A stretch of DNA of 63,401 nucleotides, counting the filler, from Nemertoderma westbladi (taxonomy: Eukaryota; Animalia; Xenacoelomorpha): the NCBI GenBank assembly GCA_032718475.1. It is 3 parts of 3 records of this genome, joined end to end, with 100 filler letters (N's around TTAATTAATTAA, not from the genome) between each part and the next. Parts side by side here need not be neighbours in the genome. Positions count along the whole stretch, not along the records: positions 1 to 27,147 come from JAUCBJ010003653.1; 2 more parts are not named here. One strand, 5' to 3'. The notes below the pieces were generated by a model that saw nothing but the letters and a program-made list of their open reading frames with translations, searched no databases and was not told the origin of the DNA. Positions 1 through 11,873 of the stretch are shown here, piece after piece. The position numbers and the translations under genes were made by a program. How positions within the stretch are numbered: the stretch's first letter is position 1; each line of letters begins with the position of its first letter.

Positions 1-714
1 ACTGGCAAAAATGTGATCAATGGTGGTTTTTGAGTTCGATGTTATTCGGGTGGGTTCGGATATCAGCTGTTCAAGTCCAGTGGAGTTGCAGAAATCTAGA
101 AGACGTCTTCGTACGGCTGCAGTGTTAGGGTTGCGTGAGTTCAGTGTATCGCTGTTGGTATCTCCCAAAATGAAAATCTCTTTGTATTTGGAAATGTCGC
201 CTAGTTGGTACTCAATGTCATCGAAGAAAGATTGGTCATTCTCGGGTCGGTAGATAGAGCCAATAAGGATTGGTTTTGTTTTGGGCAGGATGAGAGTACC
301 AAATATGCACTCTGTGTTAGATTTTGGGGGTCTCGGTAGTTCGTTGAAGGATAGTTTTTCTGCTATGTACATTCCAACTCCGCCACCGTCTCGAGATCTG
401 TCATTCCGGTAAAAGTTATATCCCGCGACTTTTATAGCTTCATTAGTGACCGTGATGTCCAGCCAGGTTTCAGAAAGGGTTATAATATCAATTGTTTGGG
501 GTTGTAGTATAAGACGAATTTCAGATATTTTTGGTAGGAGGCTTCGCAAGTTGGCATGGACAATGTGGATTCCGTTGGAGTTGAAGCGGGAGAGCCAGGG
601 ATATGTAGGTGATGGGCCTGATGGGGTTGTTGTGGTGGTAGGGGTGGGGGGGTTGATGGACTGTTTGGTGTCTCGAAGTAGGCTAATTGTTCGAGCAGTT
701 GGGGTTTGATATAG
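1..714 (-). CDS. CR1/L2-type LINE ORF2, N-terminal APE endonuclease (runs off the window start)
   Basis: Manual minus-strand translation gives HANLRSLLPK..IDIITLSETWLD..GYNFYRNDRSRDGGGVGMYI..GSIYRP..ILGDTN, the standard APE motifs of non-LTR retrotransposons. Confidence 0.9.
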
Positions 715-1674
715 TCAATCTACTTGAGAGGCTGGGGAGTTTGGTGAAGTCGGATTACAGGGTGGTACGGTTGCGTTTGTGGGTGAAACGGGTTGTTTGG
801 TAATGGTGGCCGAGTGGTTTGGGGTGTTCTGTTGGCATACTGAATCGTCCCGTATAACAAAGAACTTGTCAGGTTGGGCAGCTTGTGCCGCACGTTTCTC
901 TTGTCTGAGGTCATACCGAAGTTTCTGTTCGGCGATTGTGTAGTCCGGGCTAATATATACCTGGTTGAATCTTAGGCTGGATCGTAGGGTGCGTGATTTA
1001 CGGAGCAGCTTGGATCGAGATTCGGGGGAAAGGGTTAAGATGAGGTTCTGGCTTTTGTCTGGTTGCTGTTTCCCGATGCGCTTGGTAAGCACATTGTCTA
1101 TCGTGATTTCGATGTCTAATTCGGTTGCGAGTTCTTCAACAAGCTTGAGTTCTTCGAGTTTGCTGGGTCTGGGAGAGGTTCCGCGAATAAGTACGTTGTT
1201 CTCACGGAGAGACTGTTCCTTTTCCTCTTTGCGAACCTGTTTAGACAGTAGAGCAACGTTTGGCGTTGGTTCGGTTGAATTAGGCTGCGCCACGATGGAG
1301 GAGTAACTCGGGCGTGTCGGGACATTAGGTCGGGACTCAACTTCCATTAACTTTTCTTGTAGGGTTCTGATTTCATCTTTGGCGGATGAAGCGCAGAAGC
1401 CACAGGTGAAGGCTTTGGTTTCGAACTCGTGGGAATGTTTGCTGGGGATTTGAATGTCGGTCCATACTACATTGCAGCTGGAGCATTCAATTGAAAGTGC
1501 TCTCCATTTGTCGCGATTGTTAAGTTTCGCATCGGTGGTGGTGGTGGGTGGTGTCCCGTTCGATTTACGTTTGCAGGCGGGTTTGCTGGTGTTCGTGTTC
1601 GGTGTCGCCGTCGCGTGGACAATGGAATTTCTGGTGTTTGGCCGGGTGGGACCGGAGTTAGTAAACGTTGCCAT
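715..1674 (-). CDS. CR1/L2-type LINE ORF1 (PHD-like Cys cluster, coiled coil, RRM-like/C-terminal region), 319 aa
   Basis: CSSC..CGFC cluster followed by heptad-like segment, RENNVLIRG and VYISPDYT motifs typical of CR1/L2 ORF1; directly upstream of the APE ORF. Confidence 0.8.
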   Translation of the reverse strand: MATFTNSGPTRPNTRNSIVHATATPNTNTSKPACKRKSNGTPPTTTTDAKLNNRDKWRALSIECSSCNVVWTDIQIPSKHSHEFETKAFTCGFCASSAKDEIRTLQEKLMEVESRPNVPTRPSYSSIVAQPNSTEPTPNVALLSKQVRKEEKEQSLRENNVLIRGTSPRPSKLEELKLVEELATELDIEITIDNVLTKRIGKQQPDKSQNLILTLSPESRSKLLRKSRTLRSSLRFNQVYISPDYTIAEQKLRYDLRQEKRAAQAAQPDKFFVIRDDSVCQQNTPNHSATITKQPVSPTNATVPPCNPTSPNSPASQVD

Positions 1675-2017
1675 CGGTCAAATGGTCTATGTGGTAAATC
1701 TTGCGGAGTTGGTTCGGTAGCAGGTTGAGTATCGATGCAAATATGTCGTATATATTTCAGTAAGCAGTATGTCAGTTATATTGAGCCAGATGCTGGTACT
1801 GGCTGACTCCATGTACAGATGTACACCGTACCTGTAGTTGGCGTAGTGCTGTAGTGACCGATATGCTCACCACGATTAAAACTGTCTATTAAATAAAAAT
1901 CTGTCAGTTAAAGTCTTGTTAAAGATCGTTAAAGATCTGGAATCTGGAATGGAAGTTACAAACAACGCGTATCTCCGCGTAGCTACGCGTAGGTCGAAAA
2001 GATTTACCCAACAAGGG

Positions 2018-2339
2018 CAGTGATTTTTTATGTCCTTTTATTTGACTATTTTGTCCTCCTTTTTTACGAATTGTGCATAATGACTTTTGTTGTCCCTTTA
2101 ATGACTTTTGTTGTCCTTTAATGACTTTTTATGTATGTATTTCTTCAAACTGTCAGACTGCTGATTTCTGGACTGTCAGACAGTTGATTTCAACATACTG
2201 ACATATGTCTATGCCAAAACATTCAAAATTTGTTGATTTCTGGTCTGTCGGACAGTTGGTTTCACTATGCCTGTGCCAACACATTCAAAATTCCATGATT
2301 TATAGACTATGAGATAGATTTCCATATGCGCCTGTGGTA
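2018..2339. repeat. Dispersed ~310-bp interspersed repeat (second copy at ~34239-34551)
   Basis: ggcagtgatttttatgtcc...ccatatgcgcctgtggta occurs nearly identically at both loci. Confidence 0.8.
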
Positions 2340-2836
2340 CTACTACTAGGATCGGTATGCTGCATTGCAGTTGCATTTTTAAGAATGCTGTGCCGGCTTA
2401 TCGACAAAATTGCACCGCCACAACTCCCTATCACCCATGACATTTGCTACATCATCCGCATCTTCAAGGCCAGTGTCCTTTAAGGTGCGTCTCAAGAAAG
2501 TCATGGGCTGTCCACCGTGCTTATTCACTCCATGAGGCTGCCAAAGTACAAGATTATGCACTGGCTGGTCCTCACGGCGAAAGCAATGTCCTGCAAAGCG
2601 GAGGCGATTTTGTTCTAGTGTCAAGCTTGGGGGAACAAATGAGACACCTCCAACTGTCCAATGTTATATAGTGTCTGGTTGGAGATGTGTGCATTGTACT
2701 TGACACAATGAACCCGGCGTAGCATTCTTGTGAATGTGCCATCCAGAGATTTGGTGTCCTCAGCAGTTAGAGCCCAGCATGGACTCCATAGAGGAGTACT
2801 GGAACTACTGCTGCTCTAAATAATCGGACCTTAAGT
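2340..2836 (-). mobile_element. RTE-clade LINE, short 3' fragment with (TAG)n tail
   Basis: RLRFAGHCFR..LWQP RTE C-terminus; near-identical to 25710-26196; ends gatccTAGTAGTAG on the minus strand. Confidence 0.9.
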
Positions 2837-3004
2837 ATCCGATTATAACCTTACGTTTCAGTATATAAAACTACATAGGCCTACTCAGTCAGCGCTAGGT
2901 ACCGTTCTGATAGTAGGCCTTACAGCTTGTACCAGAACCAGTATCGGTACGACGCTTAGCCCTCGAAGTCTGACAAGAAAGATTATTAGACGAAAGATTG
3001 AAAG

Positions 3005-3991
3005 ATGGCAGCCAAACGTAAAGCTGAACTTCAAGAGTTAATGCAGAAATCATTATCATCGCGGAAGTTAATGAAAACCCAGCATTTGGGATCCGTTACT
3101 TCATCCACCGGCGTCGACTCTTCTATAACCAGAACAGATAAATTCGGCCGCATATATTGTACATTATGTAAAGTTCTTGTAAAGTCAGACAACCTTTGGG
3201 CTGTCCACGCGACCGGCGATAATCATAAGAGTCTAATGCGAACGAGAATGGTGAGTGCCGATGTAGCGCGAACTACAGCCGAGTTGAAAGATCCATTGGG
3301 TGGATTCCTTAAACCCGCCAACTCGACAACCCGTAATTTCGCCCACAAATCAACAACTCTGCGTGGCCACGAATCGGTTTCCGAAACCGGCAATACGAAT
3401 ACATTACCTACTAGTAGTACCGGTACCAGTAGGCTTAATGTTAAAGTTAAGGATGAAGTTGTTAAACTCGAAGATAAACCCTCATTGCCTGGAAACCGAC
3501 CTCTTCCTATGCCAACGGCTTCAGAAACAAACTTAAAAGTCGGCCTAATAACAAACTCAGATAAAATACCCGAAGTTCCGGCACCCGTTTCCATGGTTAG
3601 CGGTAATGAACCGACGGAAGCTGAAGAAAGTAAACTCCCTGAAGGATTTTTCGACGACCCCGTCGACGACGCGAAGGCCCGGAATGTGGAGCACGTTGAC
3701 CCCCAGGAGAAAGAGTGGGAGGAATTCCAGAAAGCCGTCTCCAAGGAGACCGTAATATCGGATAGTTTGATGGAAGACGACTACAATGTGACCTCGTTAG
3801 ATCGGGATCTACACGAGGCTGAGGCACAAATAAACCGATATTCTAGAATAAACAGTCTCTATGACGAGAAGGAGAAGCGGACAGTAGAAGCGAAGCCGAA
3901 TAGTTACGAAACCGATGATATTGATTACGACGATGTCACTTACAACTCAGATCTACAATTAGACTGGCGATCTAAAACCTCTCTACTTTAA
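3005..3991 (+). CDS. ZNF830: Zinc finger protein 830 (CCDC16)-like, single exon, 328 aa
   Basis: N-terminal CTLC..VKSDNLW..H..GDNH finger, LPEGFFDDP..DAKAR motif, EWEEFQK coiled coil and C-terminal DWRSK. Confidence 0.9.
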   Translation: MAAKRKAELQELMQKSLSSRKLMKTQHLGSVTSSTGVDSSITRTDKFGRIYCTLCKVLVKSDNLWAVHATGDNHKSLMRTRMVSADVARTTAELKDPLGGFLKPANSTTRNFAHKSTTLRGHESVSETGNTNTLPTSSTGTSRLNVKVKDEVVKLEDKPSLPGNRPLPMPTASETNLKVGLITNSDKIPEVPAPVSMVSGNEPTEAEESKLPEGFFDDPVDDAKARNVEHVDPQEKEWEEFQKAVSKETVISDSLMEDDYNVTSLDRDLHEAEAQINRYSRINSLYDEKEKRTVEAKPNSYETDDIDYDDVTYNSDLQLDWRSKTSLL

Positions 3992-4290
3992 TTTATATTT
4001 TATCCTTAAATAATATATCCGTTTATAACATATTCTCACTTATTGTAACCGGTTGATATACACAGGTGCTTAGATCGTGGCTTTACCAGTTAACATTATT
4101 CCATTTTGTATAAATCGAGTGATGTGGTTGGATAAAGCTGCTACTAAGCAACAGCCAATCACGTTAATCCTGTTTAACACAGAGTCAATGAGAATGGAAT
4201 ATTGGTAACATGAAAAAGTTCAAGTCACCTTTATTCCAAATCTGTAATCAGATAAATTAAGCTGCTATTGTTAGTCATCGGGTAAGTCAT

Positions 4291-5330
4291 CAGGGCTCCA
4301 CTGCGTTATTCAGCTATTATTGAGCAAAAACCATGAAAATTGCGTTATTTTAAGATTTTCCATTTAATAGTCATGAAATTTATAAACCTTGTAAGTTGTA
4401 ACTGAAATGATAGCTGTGGCGGTATAATAAATTATTGTATAAGTTGCATGTGTACCTGTTCATTCTGAAGGGAACATGCGAAGCGACCTTGGATTTGGAC
4501 ACACCCCCCCCCCCCCCCCCCCCCCCCACCCACCCACCTACCCACAATTAGAAAACCAGGATTGATTTAAATTTACATTAACATTTCAATAGACTAGGCC
4601 CTACAGGGTGTCGAGTCGATGCACAATATCCACTACTCACTACCCCCCACCCCTCCACCTATACCAATGCATTTTCTGAATAATATAATATCTAGCTTTA
4701 ATTGGTGCTTAAGTGAAGAGGAGTAACTAAAATTTACTTTAGCGACTCCAAATATTATTTTTTGTCCCAAAGGCTATACAAAATACCGCACCTTATTTTA
4801 TACTGCACCACAATTTTTCAATCTGTGTTTTATTCAGTGTAATTTTTTTTATGAATCGGTTCAAATCATTATTATGTATGTATATCCAGTGCCATAAAGC
4901 AATGTTGGCTGAAATTGAGCTTCGGCCATTTTATACACAAGAATGCTCAAAAAGCGCCGTTTTGTGTTTTCAGTCAGAATTGTTTAAGAAATAGAAATAG
5001 ATTCTGAGAAAAATGGGTTTAACGATGAAGGAAAAATACAGATAATAGGATCTTTCATGTTTCGACAATAACTTTTAGCAATTTTATTCATATCTTTTTT
5101 ACTTTGGGAGCCTTTCTGATGAAATGGCCTTAAACAATTGTAAAATGCTTGTAGATTTTAAATCTCCATTAAATTCGGCACATGATATGATCATAAAAAA
5201 TTTTACCATTTTCAAAATACGGGGCCCGATCCCATCCCCCCCCCCCCATCCACCCCCTCTCTCTTAAAATACGTTGCGTTATTTTGAACTCTCTGCGTTT
5301 TTATTTTGTTGAGCACCGGTGGGAGCCCTG
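4291..5330. mobile_element. Non-autonomous hAT-type element (MITE)
   Basis: Ends CAGGGCTCC...GGAGCCCTG; perfect 8-bp TSD TAAGTCAT at 4283-4290 and 5331-5338. Confidence 0.85.
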
Positions 5331-5448
5331 TAAGTCATATAATATTATACATTTATTATAGGAAGGGATCTAGGGGTCTTAACCGGGTATTGTACAAATT
5401 TAGGAATCGCGTAATTTTTATTGAAATTAATATCTCATATCTCTCCAA

Positions 5449-5491
5449 ACCACGTACGCGTTTCGACCTTACTGAGTCTCATCAGCGTGGT
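5449..5491 (-). ncRNA. Type I hammerhead ribozyme
   Basis: Minus strand ACCACG-CUGAUGA-GACU cagtaa GGUC-GAAA-CGCG-UA^-CGUGGU: intact core, 6-bp stem I, 4-bp stem II, short palindromic stem III, GUA cleavage triplet. Confidence 0.85.
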
Positions 5492-6788
5492 GTCGGATTC
5501 GAACCTGGGACCTCGAGGTGGAAGTGAAATACGGGCATTACTACATCTTGGGTACCCAGAGATTGGCCAATTTTTCATATAAAAAGTCTTTTATCATGGG
5601 GTTATTTTTCTAGAACAAATATTTGACCTCCTGACAGTAAGTACCGGTATGGTATTTATTTATGGTATTTATTTCCAAAAAATGTTCTAGAAAAAAAATG
5701 TGTTCTAGAACAAAAATATTTATCAAATTTGATAGCTAACACGTGTTCTATAACATTTATAAAAAAATTAGTAAAACCAAGCTAGTATTAGAAATTATCT
5801 ATTTAAATGCAATATTATTATTATTAATGTCATGGCAACATTACTTTTTGTGTTAACATAAAAGGTCTTATTTTTATGTCAAACTTGTTGACGACTTTGA
5901 CAAAAAAAGTGTCTTACAACAAATAAATAATTATTTATTACATGGGAAAAAAATAGAACTTTTTTTCATTATTCTCGAGGCATTTTATTTACCGAGCGAG
6001 ATTTTAATAAAGGGTCGAAAGAATATCGAAAAAAAAATATTCTACCGGTACGTTTTTTTTCCCATGTAATACGTAATTTTATTCTTAAATTTGTACTTTT
6101 TTGTTGCTAAATTCTTTACTAAAACGTAGCGATATACTTCAGTACAGTTAGTAGTGTTACAAAATATATTGAACTAAAAATTGAACTAAAAATAAATTGA
6201 ATTTTACTATATTGCTTCCATATAGTAACTGCGATTCAAATCACTGTACTCTTCAACTCTCGATGCTGCCTTACTCAATGTTAAATACATTAATTAGTGT
6301 TCCCGAATATTTATCACGTAACTAAAGAGCCGCTTAACTACATAAACCAATATTGGATATTGAGTTCGCGTTTCAGACACTAAAGTTGCAATAACTCTTG
6401 AGTGTGTGAAAGGATTTTGCTCAAATTACTTCCAAACCTTTTCTACGTCGATTCTCTTTCAATATATGTGATAAAATTTAAGAAATTTCACCAAAAATAT
6501 TTTACTTTACTAACATCAATGCAATCCTACTGTATGGGTTACTTTTTACCCTAGGGATAAAAAGTGAAACTTTTTCTCCCGATTTTGGGGTATATTCGAG
6601 CGAAAAAGTAACAATTTAAAAATAATTTATTTTATTGAAACTTGATAGTAATTTTCAAAAGTTGTAAAACATGTTATATTTAAAAAATGTCTTCCGATAT
6701 AATTTTTTATTCTGGAACGTTTTAAAAATTAAATTAATTCAAGTATATTTAAATTTACCAATGGAGATTAAGTATTAGTCTACACGAA

Positions 6789-7299
6789 GTGGGGACTTCG
6801 CGCAGCACGAAGTTGGCGAAGCCTTAGCGAATTGACACTGTTAGGGGGTGGGTCAATTTATGCAAATAGTTGTCGTTGTCACGTTGGCCCTCTAGCGGCA
6901 GACTGGAGAACTGCAGATGGATTCGCCTCCTTTGAAAGTCACAGCTAATAGTCTAATACATATCTGCCAAGTTTCAGCTTAAACGGATTAAAAGCAAAGA
7001 AATGGGAGGGCATTTAATGTTTAGACATGTGGCCCTCTAGCGGGAGACCATTGCACTGATGGTGTCTGAAAGTCTCTCAAAAATCTCAACTTTTGCTCAT
7101 ATTGATACCTACAAATTTTCAACTTGGCAGCTTTAAATCCGACAAAGTTATTAGCATGTCAAAATCGTAACGACGACGACAACGACGACGACAACGACGA
7201 CGACGACAACGACGACGACGACAACTATTTGCATAAATTGACCCACCCCCTAACAGTGTCAATTCGCTAAGGCTCCGCCAACTTCGTGGCTCGCCCCAC
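6789..7299. mobile_element. Non-autonomous element with ~70-bp inverted repeats and internal (ACG)n microsatellite (MITE or Helentron/HINE-like)
   Basis: cacgaagttggcg..ttagcgaattgacactgttagggggtgggtcaatttatgcaaatagttgtc (~6808-6875) is inverted at ~7220-7288; ACG/ACA repeat at ~7170-7225; related end gtggggcgagccacgaag at ~41867. Confidence 0.65.
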
Positions 7300-10139
7300 A
7301 GTTACCTAGAAATAATTAAAATAAAATAATAATTGTATCTAGTTTTGTGTCTCTCCAGTTCTCCAAATACAATATCTTCTCATCATCTCAAGAGTCTGAC
7401 ACCCTCACAGTATACTTCACTACGATATGTTCTGCTTGGACGCAGCGAATTAGCGAGATTGTTGAAGTATATTATGCGGTTCCTATCCGTAGGCATTATG
7501 TCGGAGTAGCTTTTCATCACCTTTCGATCGCCGCACCCCTTAAAATCATTTAGGAAAAAGAGGGGCATAGGTTGGAAGTAAGCCGCGGATCCTCTGCTGG
7601 CACGGTGGTATAGGAAAGAGGACTACGGTGACCTCGAAGACAAAGCCCAGTTGTACGGAGTAAGCTGAAGCGTTTAAAAAATTTGCTATTTTTAAAATTT
7701 TATATTTTAGAAAATGTTTTCTATTTTACTATTTTTCTATTTTCTGGAACTTTTTTGTGCGAAAATGTTGAAGGCCTAGAACTTAAAATAAATTGATTGA
7801 ATGGAGATTTTATTCTAGAATAAGAAATATGTTCCAGATCTTTTTTAATTAACAGCAGTAACATGACGAACATTAATAATGATTTTTTGTAGAAACAATA
7901 GCTCTTACTGTATTAATAATAATTCATACTTGCACCATATACAGTTAGTACTAAATTATTGTGGGATAAGGTTTGCCTTACCTTCGTGTGCACCTTGCCC
8001 CACCTCGTGTTTAAAAGTTCTTCTAACATATTATGTGATAGACAGAATATCACCTGTCTAGGGTGATATTCTCTGTCCAATCATTATTATAAGCGATTCA
8101 ACACAGAATTAAAAATGTAATTTTAGTGATAAGTTATAGGCAGTCAGATAAAGTACATTTAGTTCAACACGTATCTAATTGTGTAAAGACACTGGGGGGG
8201 GGGGGGGGGGTGTTATCGCCTTTTGAAGACCTTTAGTTTTTGGAGAATTAAAAGAGTTTTGTTTGCGTAAATGCATTCAAATTGTACTATACTGGGTTTT
8301 AGTTAGTTCAGTTTGATTTTCAAGGAGAATAATTTAAAATAATATGTAATTTTAAATTTCCCGCCTAATTTATTTAAATTTTTACGATGTTTCATTATAA
8401 CTGCTACTCCTCTGTCATTTTCATTTAAACTTCTAGGATAATTTTGATCAGAAGTGTAGAATGTGTTTTTGAACAAAACATTTTTTTTTATTTTGCCAAA
8501 TTATTGCATTAAAACACAACTTAACCTCTAGATGCGAATTGCACCGCCACAACTCCCTATCACCCATGACATTTGCTAGATCATCCGCATCTTCAAGGCC
8601 AGTGTCCTTTAAAATGCGTCTCAAGAAAGTCATGGGCTGTCCACCATGCTTATTCGCTCCATGAGGCCGCCAAAGCACAAGATTATGCACTGGCTGGTCC
8701 TCGCAGTGAAAGCAATGTCCTGCAAAGTGGAGGCGGTATTGTGCTAGTGTCAAGCTTGGTGGTACCAATGCGACACCTCCAATGTTATATAGTGTCTGGT
8801 TGTACTGACATTGTACTGTGTTGGCATTGTACTTGACACAATGAACCCGGCGTAGCATTCTTGTGAATGTGCCATCCAGAGATTTGGTGTCCTCAGCAGT
8901 TAGAGCCCAACATGGACTCCCATAGAGGAGTACTGGAACTACTGCTGCTCTAAATAATCGGACCTTAAGTTTCCGATTAATTCTCGGTGACTTCCAAATC
9001 CTGGAAAGCCTATTCAAGGCTGCCCATGCCTTTCCCTTACGTATTCGAAGGTCCTCACCTGACTTCCGGATCCATGATCCCAGGTAACAGATGTCGTCCA
9101 CATGCTCAAGCATACCATCCTTTGAGCTTATGCTCATCCGGTGAGAGACTTGCTGAGGACTTTCAAAGTTAACTGTCAAAAGTTTGGTCTTTTTGAAGTT
9201 AATAAAAAGACCAATACTAGAAGCAGCATGTTCTAATGAGCTGAGGAGCCTTTGGGCTCCCTCTAGTGATTCTGAGAGTACTCTTATGTCATCAGCAAAG
9301 TCTAGATCAGTTATGTACTTGGCAGGATTTCCTCGACTTCTGGAGCCAGTAGGTGGAGTAACCATCACCCCATCACCATTATGATGATCTAAGGACATGC
9401 CTAGAACATAGTCAACCACAATTATGAATAAGAATGTCGCAAGTGTGTCTCCCTGGAGGACTCCCCATAACACTTCAAATGGTTCTTTTTCACCGTTAAC
9501 CAGGGCCGGATTAATAAGGTTTTGGGGGCCCCTAGGATAATGACAAATGAGGGGCCATCGACCTTTGGCAGAAGGGGTCGTTCTGGGGGGGGGGGCAGAG
9601 ATGGACACGGGCCGGGCTTGGGCCGCATTCTAAACATTGGAAAACTCGCTATTGTTGAATAATTATATTATTCAGTTAACAAAACACAAAAATATAAAAA
9701 TTTTTGTGACACATTTTTTATCACAAAATTAAATTTAATATCTGTATTTAATTTTCCAATAAGACACTTCCAATGTTTATTGTACTTGACCTAAATCAGG
9801 TTAGGTATTCTAGGTCATTGATCAAGAAAATCTCCATGCAGCATAAAGGAGGTGCCACCTGTGGCTGTATAGACCCTCTTTCTTGGGCCAATTTAGTTCT
9901 GGGTCAGGGACACCCTTGGTCCTGGGTTAAGAACCCATATACTTGGCTGCAGGGGTATATGGCCTGGCCAGGCAGATGGTGATGTACTAATGGCTGGTCA
10001 GGAGTAGAGTGTTCTCATGACCACTCTGAGTGCACTTCACTGCGACCTGCACCTGGCATCAGGGGTACAGGGCATGGCCCAGCCTGCGAGCAGATGAGCT
10101 GCATAGCCAATGGTGGGTAATGTGCATCAAAGTAGGTGA

Positions 10140-10790
10140 TGGGCTTTTTCTGATGAGTTTTGTTAACTCCAAGAAGACCACAATTTTCACCGTTAACTTT
10201 GTAAGTCCTCAGGAAATGTCTGATATGTATGATCAGGAAATTGATAGTAACAATGTGTTGGCAAGCTGTATTTTTCGAGGTGTTTGTTATTATACATTTA
10301 TTATAGGAAGGGATCTAGGGGTCTTTTACCTCGAATGATAAGTTTATTATACCGAAAATATCTTATCTTTTATTGGCGCAATTGTAGGCCAAAAAATTGC
10401 GCCAATAAAAGATAAGATATTTTCGGTAAAATAAACTTATCATTCGAGGTAAAAGACCCCTAGATCCCTTCCTATAATAAATGATCAGGAAATGTCTGAT
10501 CATCTGAGCATAAGCTCAAACGATGGTATGCTTGAGCATGTAGACCACTTACCTGGGATTATCGATCCGGAAGTCAGATGAGGACATTCAAATACGCAAA
10601 GGAAAGGCATGGGCAGCATGGAATGGGCTTTCCAGGAGTAGGAAGTCACACAGAATACATCGGAAACTGTAGTAGTACCAGTACTCCGCTAAGGGAGCGC
10701 ATGCTGGGCTCTAACTGCTGAGGACGCCAAATTTTCGCACTTTCACAAGAATGATACGTCGGGTTCACTATGTCAAGTACAATAAGCACA
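10140..10790 (+). pseudogene. Decayed RTE RT fragment inside the hAT element, interrupted by a palindrome
   Basis: Diverged match to ~25380-25855 (ttaactccaagaagacca.., gagcataagctcaaa.gatggtatgcttgagcatg.., tgtcaagtacaat). Confidence 0.75.
10295..10483. repeat. Near-perfect 189-bp palindrome (foldback element)
   Basis: Arms of ~89 bp (catttattataggaagggatctagggg...ggcgcaatt) with one visible mismatch and an 11-nt loop. Confidence 0.9.
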
Positions 10791-11355
10791 GCATTATTTG
10801 AAAAATCAGTGCATATTGTTCGACATTACCAATATATTGGGTGCAGGCATTTGTTCGAGTTTCTGTGTCCATTATTAGCTCGGTTGCTATGTTTAAGGGT
10901 CTGTAAAAAAAATTCCCCACAATGAAAATATTGAGGGAATTTTTCTGAATGACTGACTACTCAACCAACTGCTTCAAAAAAATCAACAATGGTTTAGATC
11001 GGAATTTGTGGGCAAAATCATAAATTCATGACGTATCTCGCTTAGCCTACTACTGCTCAGAGTTTAAAAACCAATAACTGAAGTTTAATGGCAGTGAATT
11101 TAGTAATATTAATGATGACCCCTCTGTAAAATTACATGTAAACCGGTAAAATTCATGGCTTTCAAGTCAAAGAATGGTTTCCATAGTTTCAATTTTACAT
11201 TACTCATTGATTTCTATTTTTTAATTTGCACCTCCTTTTACATGTTATTGGAATTGGGGGCCCCAAAAAGTCGGGGGCCCCTAGGCTATAGCCTAGCTAG
11301 CCTAGGCATTAATCCAGCCCTGCCGTCAACAGTAGACACAAATGTTGTCGAACCA

Positions 11356-11818
11356 GTAGCTACCAACCAATTGGTAGGTACTTTTTTCCTATTGGCTAAA
11401 TACATGTAGATGGTAGGTACTTTTTTCCTATTGGCTAAAATAAACTGCCAATAACAAAAATGTAGCTACCAACTAGTTGGTAGGTACTTTTTTCCTATTG
11501 GCTCAATACATGTAGATGGTAGGTACTTTTTTCCTATTGGCTAAAATAAACTGCCAATAACAAAAATGTAGCTACCAACTAGTTGGTAGGTACTTTTTTC
11601 CTATTGGCTCAATACATGTAGATGGTAGGTACTTTTTTCCTATTGGCTAAAATAAACTGCCAATAACAAAAATGTAGCTACCAACTAGTTGGTAGGTACT
11701 TTTTTCCTATTGGCTCAATACATGTAGATGGTAGGTACTTTTTTCCTATTGGCTAAAATAAACTGCCAATAACAAAAATGTAGCTACCAACTAGTTGGTA
11801 GGTACTTTTTTCCTATTG
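11356..11818. repeat. Tandem repeat, 106-bp unit, about 4.4 copies
   Basis: gtagctaccaac recurs at 11356, 11462, 11568, 11674 and 11780; the unit contains the palindrome ctaccaactagttggtag. Confidence 0.9.
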
Positions 11819-11873
11819 ATTCTGTAATATGTAGGGCTGGGAGACCTCAAGTGACAAAATAAAACAACAGTTT

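Larger units (their letters stand above)
9501..11322. mobile_element. Non-autonomous hAT-type element inserted in the RTE
   Basis: TIR CAGGGCCGGATTAAT...ATTAATCCAGCCCTG; 8-bp TSD CCGTTAAC (9493-9500) / CCGTCAAC (11323-11330), 7 of 8 matching. Confidence 0.85.
8536..11353 (-). mobile_element. 5'-truncated RTE LINE (RT C-terminal half) split by a hAT MITE
   Basis: GVLQGDTL, DLDFADD, YLGS and RLHFAGHC motifs at 8536-9500; the RTE resumes at 11323-11353 beyond the insertion. Confidence 0.9.

Noticed and set aside
4505-4530. Long poly-C/poly-G runs here and at many other sites as functional G-quadruplex elements
   Set aside because: They mostly lie inside MITE-like repeats and homopolymer lengths are unreliable; there is no independent support.
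5492-5560. A genuine tRNA gene
   Set aside because: Only the T-arm/B-box is convincing; I could not build an acceptor stem or cloverleaf, so it is treated as a tRNA-derived head.
8448-9608. 386-aa ORF as an intact gene
   Set aside because: Its N-terminus comes from the hAT MITE end and its C-terminus from flanking DNA; the core is a truncated RTE RT.
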